Origin: Felis catus
Taxonomy: Eukaryota
NCBI RefSeq assembly: GCF_018350175.1
Contig: NC_058368.1
Location: 223,202,001-223,266,000, forward strand
Reading direction: 5' to 3'
DNA length: 64,000 bases
In this document: positions 11,910-25,224 of the stretch, in pieces
Position numbering within the stretch: position 1 is the first letter of the stretch
Layout: every line of letters begins with the position of its first letter
The notes under the pieces: model-generated
The model's database searches: none
The model's input: the letters and a program-made list of their open reading frames with translations, nothing else
What the model was told of the DNA's origin: nothing
Translations under genes and position numbers: made by a program

Positions 11910-12620
11910 CTATAATAGGCTTTGGAATACAGAAGTAAATAAGAAATATGTAGCTCTTGTGTTCTACTTGAGGAAGAATAAGTGAACAAACAATACCAGC
12001 TCATGGGACGGCTTTATTGTTGTTGGCAAATGTGATGAAGGAAATGAACAGATTTTTGGAGAAAAAGTACGAGGAGAAGGGTCTCGTTTTAAGTAGCATA
12101 GTTGGGGAACCCCTCTCTGAGGCAATGCTGTTGAAGCATACTATGAAAACTGAAAAAGAACTAGGGAAAGCATTCTCTGGATCCACAGAACCAGTGAGTG
12201 CAAATTTCAGCATGACATCTTGATCAGTTGGAGCAAACGGGGGACCAAAAAGCCATCAGGAGTGAGGCATAACTAACAAGAGATTTGGGGATATATTTAG
12301 AGATTCATATAGCCATCAGTTTATGCAAAGCTATGAAAGCCAAATAATGAATTAGGAGGTTTTCTAAGTGCAGATCCAAAAGGGTTTTGACACCATCTGA
12401 TACACATTTTAAAAATAGTGGTCTGGTTGCTGTGCCAGAAAATGAGTAGAAGGGAGCAAACATCTGAAGATTAAAGATCTGTAGCGAGGAGAATAGTGCA
12501 GTGACTTAACACAGGGATGACTCTGGTGTAGCCTAGGAAGATGGCAGAGGACAGGGGACATACCTAGGCTATATTTTCACAATATTTACAATATATATGA
12601 CTTGTTGAAATATACTTAAT
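11910..12620 (-). mobile_element. L2 LINE remnant
   Basis: Purine-rich antisense L2-like phrases (CCCCTCTCTGAGG, GGGAAAGCATTC, CTGGTTGCTGTG). Confidence 0.55.
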
Positions 12621-14368
12621 TATGATTATTCCTACAAATTCTCCATGTTTAATGTTGATTGGATATCAAATAGATTTTATCTTTACAAAGTTAATAAAAT
12701 CCATCTGTTAGAGGGCTTTCTTTTTCTTTTTTCTTTTTTCTTCTTTCTTTTCCTTTTTTTTTTTTTTCAATATTAGGTTGTTAAAAGTACTAGTCTCTCT
12801 ATAAATAAGAAAAGACTGCCAGGTTACTTGCAAACATTGGTAACTTTCAGCATTTCTTGTACAATCACCCAACACTTGTCAAAGATTTAGGAGCCATGTT
12901 CTTTTGCCTGTACCACTGGAGTAAATAATGTGAATAGAATAAAGAGTAACTAAAACTAATAAGTCTATTGATTTTTATTTACAGTCTCACGAAACCACAA
13001 TTTAAGAAGTTGAAGTTAAGTAAACACGCCCTTTAACTAGATAGGATTTTTTTCAGGCCACATAGTAATGGAAACTCAGTGCAATCGCATGTTTTTTTTT
13101 TCCACAGCTTAAAATTAATAATTCAAAATGATCACTAACAATATACCATCCCATAAATTGATGTGAAAGCTTTGCTCCTCAGTAGATATAAATTGCATTC
13201 CATCCCAAGGATGGAAAGAAAGTGTCTTAGGCATAATTACTCTTTAAGACACAAAGTACTTTTCTAGCATTATGTTTTAACTCATAATTAGTGCACACAG
13301 AGTTAGCAATATAATTAGGACAGAAAATTATATCAAAAAAGTCTCTAATTTCAGGATCCTTAGTGATAATTAAAAAAAGAATTGTGCACTTTTTCATCAG
13401 CGATGCAGTGGTAAAATCAGCTATGAAGCAAAATCAATCTGGGTTCTAATGTGAGAAAAATGGACATATTTATACAAATTAAATTACTAAGAATGTAATA
13501 AAATGCTAGACAGGTGTTATTGGCTGCTTGTAATTTTAAGAAAGGTAGCTTTTTTTTTACTGAATTTCATAAATAGTAGAGATGTTTATTCATAAATTAC
13601 ATTTAACAAGCCACTGGATTAAAAATAATAATAATAAACTTTGATATACACTACTGGTATATCTGAAGTAGGGAAGAGAAAAAATTAAGTTTGGATTTTT
13701 GTTGCACAATTTGTTTTAAATGAATTTTGCTGGAAAGTATTTTGATCTTTTTTGGAAAAAAATGTTGAATTATGAAAGATCAGTTATCCGATGAATTTAC
13801 TTTTTCTGAAATTATTAGTAAAAACTATTGGTTTTCTTGGTGTGTAAGAAATAGCCATCCCACTAATCCTAACTCCAACTCAAAAAATTATAAAGACATA
13901 CTCAAAACTTGTTTAAGTACATTAAAAATTGCATTAAATTAGTTTTTTTTTTTTACCTGAAAACATGTCCTTGAATAGAATACCTTCATAACTTTTGGAG
14001 ACATATTTTAGGCAAGGACATTTAGTTTTTCTAAAATGTTTGGTTAATACTACTTAAAAGTACCTAGATATATACTCTATGTCCTGAGAATTATTATTTC
14101 AGAAGCAAACTATTACAGGCAAAATCAGGTAGCTTAAGACATTGATCACAGTAACTGGAAAGTATGTACTACAAGAATAATAGATGGGCATGTTCTTGAA
14201 ATTTTCAATAATTTTTACAATTTATTTTGATTACATTTTTTTCTGGTTATAAGATGGAATTATAAAATAATGTCTCTTATTGAGATATGAAGTACATTAT
14301 ATGATAATGCATCTGATTGCTGAAAGTTGGCATCTCTATTAAATCTTTGATCAAAGATATCTGATGCA

Positions 14369-14403
14369 ATCATCATCACCATCATCATCATCATCATCAT
14401 CAT
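14369..14403. repeat. (CAT)n microsatellite
   Basis: Direct reading, one CAC interruption. Confidence 0.95.
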
Positions 14404-14916
14404 TAAAAATATAATAACTTTGATTTTCAGTCAGGAAGGCTATAAACCCAGGGATAGGAAAAAAGGAAACCATGACAACAGAGTTAAGTTTTCCTTACCT
14501 TTGAATCACTGAATCCTCAGTCCGTCAAACTTCTCCTTTCCTTTTGTCATGGTTTTGGGATGTCCCGTGTTTCCTGAATGTTTCATGGCTTCATGGTATA
14601 TACTGTTAAACTGAGTTGTTTTTAAACAATGAATAACAAAAGATGGGTCCAAGTATCCATTGTTTAAATAAGAAAAACCACTGGAACCTTTTTTGTTCTT
14701 CAAGACCATGGTATTTCAAACAGAAAGTCTCATTCTTCTCAACCCCACATGCTTATTGATCTATGAATATAGATTGTCTTTTCTGAAGTGTCCAAATGTT
14801 TGCCTACTATGTTTTAATTGGATTGTTTGTCTCATTATTATTAAATTGAAAGAGTACTTTTAAAAAATGTGTAGTGTCCATAGTGAGGATACTGTTTGAT
14901 TATACTTTTCCTGAAG

Positions 14917-14917
<1 letters not shown>

Positions 14918-14953
<36 letters not shown>
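14918..14953. repeat. (GT)n microsatellite
   Basis: Direct reading. Confidence 0.97.
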
Positions 14954-14956
<3 letters not shown>

Positions 14957-15780
14957 CTGTACACATGTGTATTTTGTTGTATGTTTATGGTACTGACTTG
15001 CTATATAAGACTTTTGCAACCCCAAATAATTGAAAAGCATTATTCTAGTCTGTATTTATATTCTACCTATATTTTTCAGGTTCTCCCTTTCCAATATTGG
15101 CACTCAGCTTAACCATATTTGGCCATTGTGCCTCACCACATTAGGCCCGTAGTTAAATCACAGTTTCACTACCCCACTTAATGCCTCCATGCTGATTTCC
15201 TGTTAAGAATGTCAGTTTCTATTACATAGCAAGTGCTCAAGAGAGATTATTATACAGAATGAAAAACTACCTAACGGAAAACATGAATGATAAGTATCCA
15301 GAACTGGCCCTTTTCTGTAACCACAAATAAACTACTATAATAGACCCTTCCTACTTTAGTTCTTAAATTTCTGCCCCTCAAAAGTCTAACCATGGAAACT
15401 TAGAATCTTGATTTTGGTAGTTTTTAAACATCGATGATGTTTAAACTAAGTAGATAATCAAAAGTGATTAAAAATCTTATTTTTTAAAAGTTGTTTTAAT
15501 TATTCATTTATAACAATATCAGTATGTTTAATTACTTGAAAATAGCATACGTAGTCATACCAATCGTTGCAATGATATTATTACCCTATGAAAAGTATAT
15601 TTGAAGTTGAGATCACATTAATCACAAGCAATATACAATTATCATTACTTCTGTATTCATTAGGGACCTATTTTAACTGACATATTTGACAGCTTCTACA
15701 TTTTATTTTTAAATCTTTTCCCAAAAAAAGGAATTTTGTATTCATATGCTAAGTAAATAAAATTAGCTCTAGTGCTATTT

Positions 15781-15815
15781 TTTTTTTCAATTTTTAAAAT
15801 CTTTTTTTTTTTTTT

Positions 15816-15861
<46 letters not shown>

Positions 15862-16023
15862 TGTGAGCAGGGGAGGAGCAGAGAGGGAGACATAGAATCC
15901 GAAGCAGGCTCTAGGCTTTGAGCCGTCAGCACAGAGCCTGATGTGGGGGCTCGAACTCACAAATTGTGATATCATGACCTGAGCTGGTCCCAAGCTTAAC
16001 TGACTGAGCCACTGAGGCTCCCC
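15781..16023 (-). mobile_element. CAN-SINE (SINEC_Fc-type)
   Basis: Poly-T plus (GA)n plus SINEC body; imperfect TSD TAGTG(C/G)TATTTT. Confidence 0.93.
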
Positions 16024-17978
16024 TAGTGGTATTTTATTTCAAGGGATACCTTATGAATCCCAGAGTGTTTTCCAAAATGCAAACATTTATATTATTCCAG
16101 ACCATCAAGGTTTTGTTTTGTTTTCCTTTGTTTTGTTTTAAGGTATCCAAGAAACAAAACTGGGGCATAGTTGCAGTGTCTATCAATTTCATTATATTGT
16201 AAGTATGATAGTAGCTATTTGACCCCTCTTTTTACAGAAGTATATAGCACATTGTTCATAATCCTTTTTGTATTGCTTTCAATTTATTAAATAAAGGTAT
16301 ACAATATTTGAAAACGATTCACAACAGTTTAGGTTAAAGGACTCTCTGTGCCAACATTCCCATTGTTCTCTTAAACATTTTGTACACATTTTTAGCCAGA
16401 GAAACAAATATTGTTTATAATTAATTCTTTTAAATATAAAAGAAATGTTCTTTAACTCACTTGTATGTATTTCTTGTTGAAAAACAAAGCTAAGACAAAA
16501 AGGATCTGTTGCTCTTTTCATGCCTAAGGGGAAATGATTAAACCCAGCAAGGCAACAAATGACTCAACAAAACAAAACAACAAAAACCTGTAAATCTACA
16601 TTTGAATCAACTGCCTTGATGCTGAGAATTAAAGCAACATTTTAGGTTTCTTACAATAACAGAATTAGAAGGGAAAATGTCACAACGTTAGCATGCTCTG
16701 TGTTATCACACTGTATGCATATGGATCGTCTAAACACTAGTTAGTGTCACCATTATTATGTAGTATATCTTATATATGATCTACAGAAACTGGAAAATAA
16801 CAGCCATTTCAGTTACACCATTTAGAGCAACAATGCTAACAGATTAAAGGAGACTAATGAGGAGAAAAAATAATTAGTAGAAACAAACATGGAGAAGACA
16901 TTCAGAAGAGAGAGACAGAGAGGGAGAGAGAGATCCCTACTGCTCCTAAAATCTAGCTCAGCTTTTATGAATGACAGATACATTAAGATTCTTCCTTTTC
17001 TTTAGCAAAAAATGGTTTAAGTAGCTCAAATTGCTTAACCTCGTTAAGGATGCTCATAGAAAATACAGTGAAGCATTTAAAAACAGTGCATCCAAAGTCT
17101 GTTAATACTCTTCTTTCCAGGTTGGGACAAGTAGATGAAACGTTGCTCTCAAGATTCAATAAGCTGGTAATTAAGCAGTGTATTGCTAATGAACTATGAG
17201 AGCCCTTAAGAAATTTTGGAAGGGCCTTCCCTTTAGAAGTACAAGAAAAATACAAACAGCAAAAGACCACTCCTTGGAAAAAACAACTTAATTTGTTTCC
17301 CCACTCCCAAACTGTGTTTTGGAAATCTTCTTATGCGTAGGAAATACGAAATAAATTCATGATATTATGGAGCCTATTATGTTCTTCCCACGTTTTTTCT
17401 TGGATTATATTAACTGAGTAACCCAGGTTTTAAGATAAAATGACAGGAAAGGCCCAAACTTACCCAGTTTGATGGATCTAGAGCTTTGGAGCCTATCGAT
17501 TTCCTATGCAAGTTTAAAAATATATTAATCACATAAAAGCCATAGTTTAAGCACTTGCAAAAAATAGAAAAAGCGATGCCTATGTAGATGAAAGCAATCC
17601 TTTGTGTGCCGCATATCATTGTTGAAGGTGCCACCTTAGACTCCCCTGTATCCACACCTCTAAGCTACATTTTTTTTTCTGATAAAGTCCCTCCAGTACA
17701 TACTTTCTGTGCATGTGAAAGTTCTTTTTTATTATCAAGTGAAAGCAAAATGGGCATTTAAAAAAAAATTCTTCTGGCATGCTTCAGGCTTCACTGTGTA
17801 GTAAGAATTCTTTAGGGAACTGTTCGTTTGCAAATGGCCTTCGCATACCTGTTAGAAAGTGAAGACTGGTGCGTAAAATATCAAAACATTTAGGAAAGAT
17901 GGAAGAGGAATCCATTGGATTCTCTTCATCCCTAAAAGAGAAATGTTTAGTTCTCAGAACCTGACTTGCAGCAGAGTG

Positions 17979-17979
<1 letters not shown>

Positions 17980-18061
<82 letters not shown>
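17980..18061. repeat. Compound (TA)n(GA)n microsatellite
   Basis: Direct reading, uninterrupted. Confidence 0.97.
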
Positions 18062-18063
<2 letters not shown>

Positions 18064-18249
18064 CAGTTTTACTTCATTCTACTGCCCTGAAGGATGCAAA
18101 AATAGTCCAGTTCATTAAAATCCTTCAAATCTAATGTCCCTGAAATTGTCCATTTATTAACTTATTTATTCCTTTACTGCACAGCAAGGGAAATATCTTC
18201 TCCTCTCATGAAATATATATATACATTAAATTAAATGCTTGAAACATAT

Positions 18250-19800
18250 TACTTAGATGGGGAAGAATTCAGGAGAAATTGGGTTGGGAAATGCAGTGAG
18301 GAATATCAACATTTAAGCTATTAGAGATGGAAGTAGATACAACATGTTGGAAATTGAACATTTTAGTCTATTTCAGCAGATAAACCACACTAGAGGTAAA
18401 AATTGGCAAGGTAATAATATATGTTTATTATCTAAAACCATGAGAATACCTATGATCTCTTCCCTAGATGATGCACAAGTAAAGACATCCAAAACTGGTC
18501 TCCTTAAAGGTCAGGAGAAGCCTCAGAAAATGAGGATAAGAAGAGGTACCAGTAGGTAGGAAAAAATCCAGGAGACTCTAATATATTGGAAACAAAAGAG
18601 GGAGGAATTTGAAGTGAGAAAGAGTAATCAACTGTTTAAATATCCCTGTTTGGTCAAGAAGAATGACATCCAGAACCAACTGCTGGATTGAACACTATGG
18701 AGGTCACTGGATGTCTTAAGAGCAGTTTGAATGGAGTGATGGTAGCCAAATGCTGACTATAATTGGTGCAAAGATGAAAAAAGAAGAAACATGTAGATAG
18801 TGGGTATAGGCAGCTTTTTCCCAAAATGTTGCTTTCAAGAAAGTGGAGAAATGGTGGAATAGATAGGGGATTGGAGCCAATTTTGTGTGTATATTCATAT
18901 ACTGGTGGAAATATCTAAAGGAAGTAAGAAAAATAATGGATGGAAGATCAAGAGGGAATGATTGATGGAATGCTTATCTTAAAAATGTAAGAAGTCTAAT
19001 GCTCATGTAGATTATTTGGGATTTCATGGTATCACAAACATAGTTATTGATATTAAAAATAGAGAGAAAGCAGATAGTATGGGAAAGGATGTACGTAGGC
19101 AGTTAAATGTTACATTTCTTCTGGTCGTTCCTGGTGGAAAAAGAAGTACAATCATCACTTGAGAGTTAAAGATGGGGGATAAAATAGTAGAGGTTTAAGA
19201 AAGTATGAATGGATCATCTGGTAGTGAAGGGTATTGAATGGAGCAAGGTTGTATAGTTTCCACAGTATTGGGAGTAATAATCATAGATTTCATGAGAAAC
19301 CAGTGAGCGTGGACACAGGTATAGAGGAGACAAAGAGTTCAACTTTACTGGTCTCACAATTTAGTCAAATGGTGCATTTAAGTATTTGAAGAGGGATGTA
19401 AATGAATTGAGTATGTATGCAAGGGGTAAACAGGAAAGTGAGGGCATGGTGGATGTAAGTGCTATTAAAAATGGTAGAATCACTGGACTGTATATTCAGG
19501 GATGGATAAAGAATTGCTAAAGTTGGGATGATAAAGTGAACCAACTGAAAATATTGGAGATGGTGGGGAAGCAGTGATGCCTACAAATTGAAAGAGTGGG
19601 ATTTATTATTAAGAGAAAGTCTAGTGAATGGCCGTTGTAGAGAGGAGTTGGGTTATGGGGCAGATCAGTATCATTGGAGTAAAGGAAACCAAGAAATTGA
19701 GAAGCTGAGAGCATCAGGAGGTCCAGCTATGTGGATTTAGATGGAATTTTTGCAGAGAATGAGTGATTCACGATTTGAAAAAGGTGGAGATGGGGGAGGC
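18250..19800 (-). mobile_element. L2 LINE remnant
   Basis: Antisense L2-like phrases (GGAGGTCACTGG..., GAGCAGTTTGAATGGAGTGATGG, GGCAGCTTTTTCC); very diverged. Confidence 0.6.
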
Positions 19801-20756
19801 TAAATAATACACCTTCTTTCATAAATATAAATTGTATGCTAAATATGTCTTCATGTGGCTATGAAACAGAGCCTTTCCCGTGTCAGTGTTTTTGACTGTG
19901 AAATTCTCAATGTATTCCTAGCAGTCTGGAACTTACGTGTTTACTGCTTTCTCATCCTCCAAATGCCTGTTAGGTTATTACAGAACCATGAATCCCAAAT
20001 ATAGGATGTGCAGTGCATCCTTATTGGCTTGCAAAGTGATATGCTTTAGCCATAAATTTTAATCCATAACCTCAAATCCCAACAAAAAATTATACACTTT
20101 AATTGAATGAAAGGCAGACTGGGTAAAGAGGTCAGAATGAGGAAGTTGGCATTATCTTTATTTAAAGGGGAAGAGGGATGGCATAGGAAAGAGGTAGACT
20201 GAGAGAAAAAGGAGAAAATTAAAATTAAAAGAGAAGAAAGGATAGATATATAAATAGAGTGCTAAACACTCAAGAAGCCAATTAGGGAGGTACACAGGCC
20301 AAGAAAGGGATGTTGGATACAAGAGTTAATACGATAGCAGAGAGGTATATGAAAGACTTGAAAGAGATATTTTGAACAAAATTCTCGCATTAACACTCAG
20401 CATGAAACAAAAAGTATTAGTCATGTGACATTTTTCCATCTCTAGACCTGAAAAGCTTACCGATTCTCAGGCACCCGCCCCATATACAAATATTAATGAG
20501 ACAACTTTTGTAACCGATTTGCAGTCAGACACCAGCAACAGATTTTAGACTTTCTACCTTAAAATTCCCTGTGTCTGAGAGCTTGAAGGAGCCAGTGCTG
20601 TATTTAAAGCAGAAAAGATTTTCATTAGGGAGTCATATCAATAGCCCTAATATCCAGGTCTCAATTTAAATCACGTTTGTGGGGGAAAATATCAATTACA
20701 ATTTTAAAAGGGCATGTTCATTTCAAAAGAAAATAAAATTTCATCTTGAAGTCAGT

Positions 20757-20757
<1 letters not shown>

Positions 20758-20795
<38 letters not shown>

Positions 20796-20945
20796 CTATG
20801 TATGTGTATATGTATGTATATATGTATATATATGTATGTATATATGTATGTGTGTATGTATATATATGTATATGTATGTATTAATGTATATATGTATATG
20901 CATGTATATATGTATGTATATATGTATATATATATATGTATGTAT
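20758..20945. repeat. (TA)n/(TATG)n alternating purine-pyrimidine tract
   Basis: Direct reading, ~190 bp. Confidence 0.95.
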
Positions 20946-21999
20946 TTTTTTTCTTTGTAAGATCTATAAAACTGAGAAAAAATTTGTAGATCTGTGTTAG
21001 CATTTGAACTAAGTTGAAGTTATCTTGGCAGATGAAATCACAACTGAGATTAGAATTGAGAAGCCATAAAATTTTCGTTGACAAATCCTGTGTTTGAACT
21101 AACAGGAATCATTTTATTAATCAAATATGTGAAGGATTATGATACTCTTAAATAATTCTTAAATGTGACAAAATTTGTAATGTAATTTATCTAAATGGTG
21201 TACCTCCTGTGAGTTCACTGGCATGGTACATCTAATACTATTTGCTTACATGAATATTTCAGTATTTGAGTACATAGCGAACCACCCCATGACTGCAGCA
21301 TATATTTCAACGATATCCATCAAGATGCAGCACATGGCAAGGCCTGATCACCTTTCCTTCTCAGATTTCCCAGGTTTTGATTTATTTTCCAATCTCAGAT
21401 TATTTTCTGACACTTTTTTTCTTATGAGTTTTGACCTGGGTTAGTAAACTACAGAAGCGTCTTTGATATGGATTTGAGTATTTGTTTTTGAATTGTTTTA
21501 CTTTGTAAACAATGCTGGCCATGATCTTCTTTAGCTATATTGTGGCTCTTATATAATATAACTAAGGCCTGTTTTACCAGCTTAGCAGTAGAGATTTGGT
21601 TGGCGCTCAGGCAACTTGTTCTCTTAGCAGCATGCTTGGTCTCTTGTAATCAAGACCCTCTGAACTCCCTTGCACTTGCTACCTTACAGTTTTATTTCTC
21701 TTCTCACACACAAGTGTCCCTTGGAGCTTTATGGAGCCTCTCAAGCGGTAACCACCTAGTCAATATTTCATCCTTGATTGATAAGATTCTAGAACATGAA
21801 ATGCCACTGTGGAAAATGTAGGAAGCCCTTCTCTATCATCTTCATGGGATGATGGGATTTTTTTTATTTTTAGTATTTGGATTTTTTTTTTCTTTTTCTC
21901 CTTTCCTCCTGTGCTATAACTCTGCGTCTTCAGCGTGTGTATATTGTGTGTGTCTCCTTTCTTACTCTACATTTAGCTTTTTAACACATTCCATGGACA

Positions 22000-22290
22000 A
22001 TATTTGATAGTAATTACAAATGCACACTCTGATACCATGTCCCATGAGTTGGAATCCCAGCATTATTAATTATCAGGGATGTGTGTATAAGATCATTAGT
22101 AAGTCACTTAGCCTAGCTGTGTTCCATTTCGGCATCTGTATACTGGGTATGATATGGGACCCCTCATGACCTTTTGCGACTAAATGAGCTAATATAATAT
22201 TGCAAAGGGTGAGCTAATATAATATTGCAAAGTGCTTTGAATATTGCCTGCCATATACTAAAACTCTTCTTGGTGGACGTCAGTTACCAT
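22000..22290 (+). mobile_element. MIR remnant with 25-bp-period tandem duplication
   Basis: MIR core-like AAGTCACTTAGCCT...CATCTGTA; TGAGCTAATATAATATTGCAAAG repeated at 22185 and 22210. Confidence 0.65.
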
Positions 22291-23856
22291 TCTTGCCTCT
22301 AACTCTGTCACTCTCATTATGCATTTTAAACTATTTCTGTCATCTAAGTTTCTACTTGGACCACTACTTCTCATTGTGATTGAGTCTAACCAGCATCGTC
22401 CCTGCCATAGTAAGCCATTGTGCTTTATATTTTAGTAAATCGTTGGAAATATGGGAATCCTGAAATAGTTATGGGTATAATATGAAGATTCAATGTAGGT
22501 AAATAAACTTACCTGAGTCCAGTTACCATTAAAAGTGAAAATAAAAGGTAGTGCCTAGACTACAAAACTCAGCTTAAGGTAGTCACATTAGCACCCCGCA
22601 GTGTAAGGCCTTGATTAAAAGCCTTTGTTTTAAAGTCCTTGTAAATAATGCATTAAATACCATGCAGATGATTCCTGATTTCTGGGTTTCAGAATCTGAG
22701 AAGAATAATGCTGAGAACAAGTTAAGGAATTCACTGATTGATTGATTGATTGATTGATTTGTTCATTCATTCAATCAGACATCCATTTATTCATTAAGTA
22801 GTGCATGTGTACTCTTGAGTTAGGAGTTCATATTTGTACAACCAAGGTGTTTTTGCATACTTATGGGGACTTAACACATCTGCACCAAAGTTAAAAAGTT
22901 GTTTGACAAGGCAAATTATAAACAAATGAAAATGCCATGTTCATAATGATTTCTGTATGCACTAGTTTTCTGCACCTAAATATCCATCTTTATTCCCAAC
23001 ATGTCATTTACTGGTCACCCTAGGGTCCTTTATGCTACTGTTCCTTCCTTTTATGGCTTGCTTCCATTTCCCACAGAAAATGTTTGAGCCTATCTAGTGA
23101 GTCAGCCTTTCCCCTGATGCCTGTTGTGTCTGTGTGTATAGTTAGTACTGTTTTGTTCCTATGGAGCCTTTAGTTGTCATCAGTAGCTATGCCTGATGCC
23201 AAATTAAACCTACACGATTAAATAATTTGACTCAAAGACCCCTATTTTGAGTCATCTAGTACTGATGATGGGAAGAATTGGTGACACATGCCTGTCAGAA
23301 GATTTGTCACAAAGATTGGTCGGGGCCTTTGTCTTTTCCATTGATTTTAGAAAATAAGAACGTATGTGTACTTGGCAGGTGTAGAGATTCCCATCGATTA
23401 TAAAAGGTAGAAAACATGTCTTATCATCTTAAAGTAACTCCCAAAGTATTTTAAGGAAGTTTACTGCCATTTTATAATCAAGAATAGAAACCACTCTATG
23501 AGGCTGAAATCTCAAAAAACAATGGAATATGCTATAGTCCTCTTTCAACCCAGTTTCTGGAATTGCCTCTAAGTTTCATCAGCCATAAAATGGCATGATA
23601 ATATTAGTCCCCGTGTCCAAGGGTGTGGTGAGGATTAAACAAGGTCATGTTTTAAAGAGATTAGTAGAGCTTGACTCTCTGAGCAGTCAGTAAGTTTATT
23701 AACAGATCCTGAGGTTCAAGGTTACATTCAGCTGACCAAATGATTCATGGCAATACCAGCTTTAGGCTCTTATCTTCCCAGGCTCAGCCCTGTGCTTCTT
23801 CCAGTGTTTACTTTTTTCCTTTCTTTCTTTTTTTTTTTCCTTAGTATTCTTGGCCT

Positions 23857-23858
23857 TT

Positions 23859-23897
<39 letters not shown>

Positions 23898-23913
23898 CTC
23901 TCTCTCTCTCTCT
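23857..23913. repeat. (TTTC)n(TC)n polypyrimidine microsatellite
   Basis: Direct reading. Confidence 0.93.
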
Positions 23914-25224
23914 TTATTTCAATTTTGTATGTAAATTCTATACAAATATATCTTTATCTACCTATATAAACTAACATATATATATGTGTGTATATATACA
24001 TATGCATATATGTATTTCTTTCTTTAAAAATACTTTGTTTCTTGAATGCAAATACTGTGTATCTGGTCATACTTTTCCATGTGAAATTTATATAATACTT
24101 GGCCATTTATCAATCAAATGCAAAAGGAAATAGACTTGATCATATTGAGTGTACTTCTCTTTTATACTTTTAAGAAACTTTTGTGTAGTTTTTACGTAAA
24201 GCTTTCCATGTCAGACCTTTTTAAAGTATTTGCAAGCATTCATACATTTATATTAGTGGTTTCTAGTACTGGAAAAACATAATTCATTGGTGAACAGCAT
24301 ATGTGGTCGAATCTCTTTTTAATATTTCAGTATTTGGGTACAATTTAATTCAATTTGAGTGTATTTGGACTGCAGCCATTGAAAGCTATGGGGTTTCTTT
24401 GCAGGTAATCTAGAGAAGCTTTTGTCCCTTTTCACAGGGTTTGGGTATTGCTTGAGCTTCTCCATGGCAATAAATCATGCAGCATAGGGCCTGGCATGCT
24501 GTGTTGTTAGGAGCTCTGCATGATCAAAGAGCAAGTTGTGTAAATAAATAGATTTATCTCAAATAAACACAATAAAATAGAATGGATTTAATAGACATGA
24601 AATCTCTTGTAGGCTCAGTGGCCAAATTCTGTGTAAAGGCTCAGAATCACAATAGAGAGCAGAATAGAAGGCATGCCATCTACTGGGTCAGAGAGCCAAC
24701 ACTTGCAATTTATTTACAAATAAATGTGTACATCATAAATTGTTCAGTTTTCTAAAGATAAATTGAGACTCAATTTGACAAGCATTTCTTAATTTACATC
24801 AGAGGCATATTTTTGTTTCTCTGAAGTTTTTTTTTGTTTTTTTTTTTGTTTTTTTTTTTTTGTTTTTTTTGTATGTAGTCGTGGCAAAATTGCTTTCCTG
24901 CATTAGAAAGCAGTTAACCTGCGGTGGCTCTCATCAAAATATGATTTTATTAAAGTAACATATCACAAAAATTTCTTACATCTGTCTTTTCATACTGAGT
25001 TTCAGATCTTGTGTCTTTAATATTAAAAGAAGTATTTTATTACTACTGCTATGATGTTGGCTGCACTTATGCGTTTTAAGAGTTAATACGTTATAGTGAT
25101 TAAGAGTTTAGTTTCTAGAGTTAGGGACTTTTCAAGGTCAGTTCAAGTCTCCACCACTGTATAGTCTTTTGACATTGACACATTATATAATGTCCTCTAT
25201 AAAGGGAAATCAAGAATCAAAAGT

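Noticed and set aside
14343..14358. Perfect 16-bp palindrome ATCTTTGATCAAAGAT (overlapping inverted TCF-like sites)
   Set aside because: About one such palindrome is expected by chance in 64 kb of AT-rich DNA
20679..21084. ORFs rich in Y/I/M/C/V
   Set aside because: Artefacts of the (TA)/(TATG)n microsatellite; the same applies to 17943, 49240 and 63519
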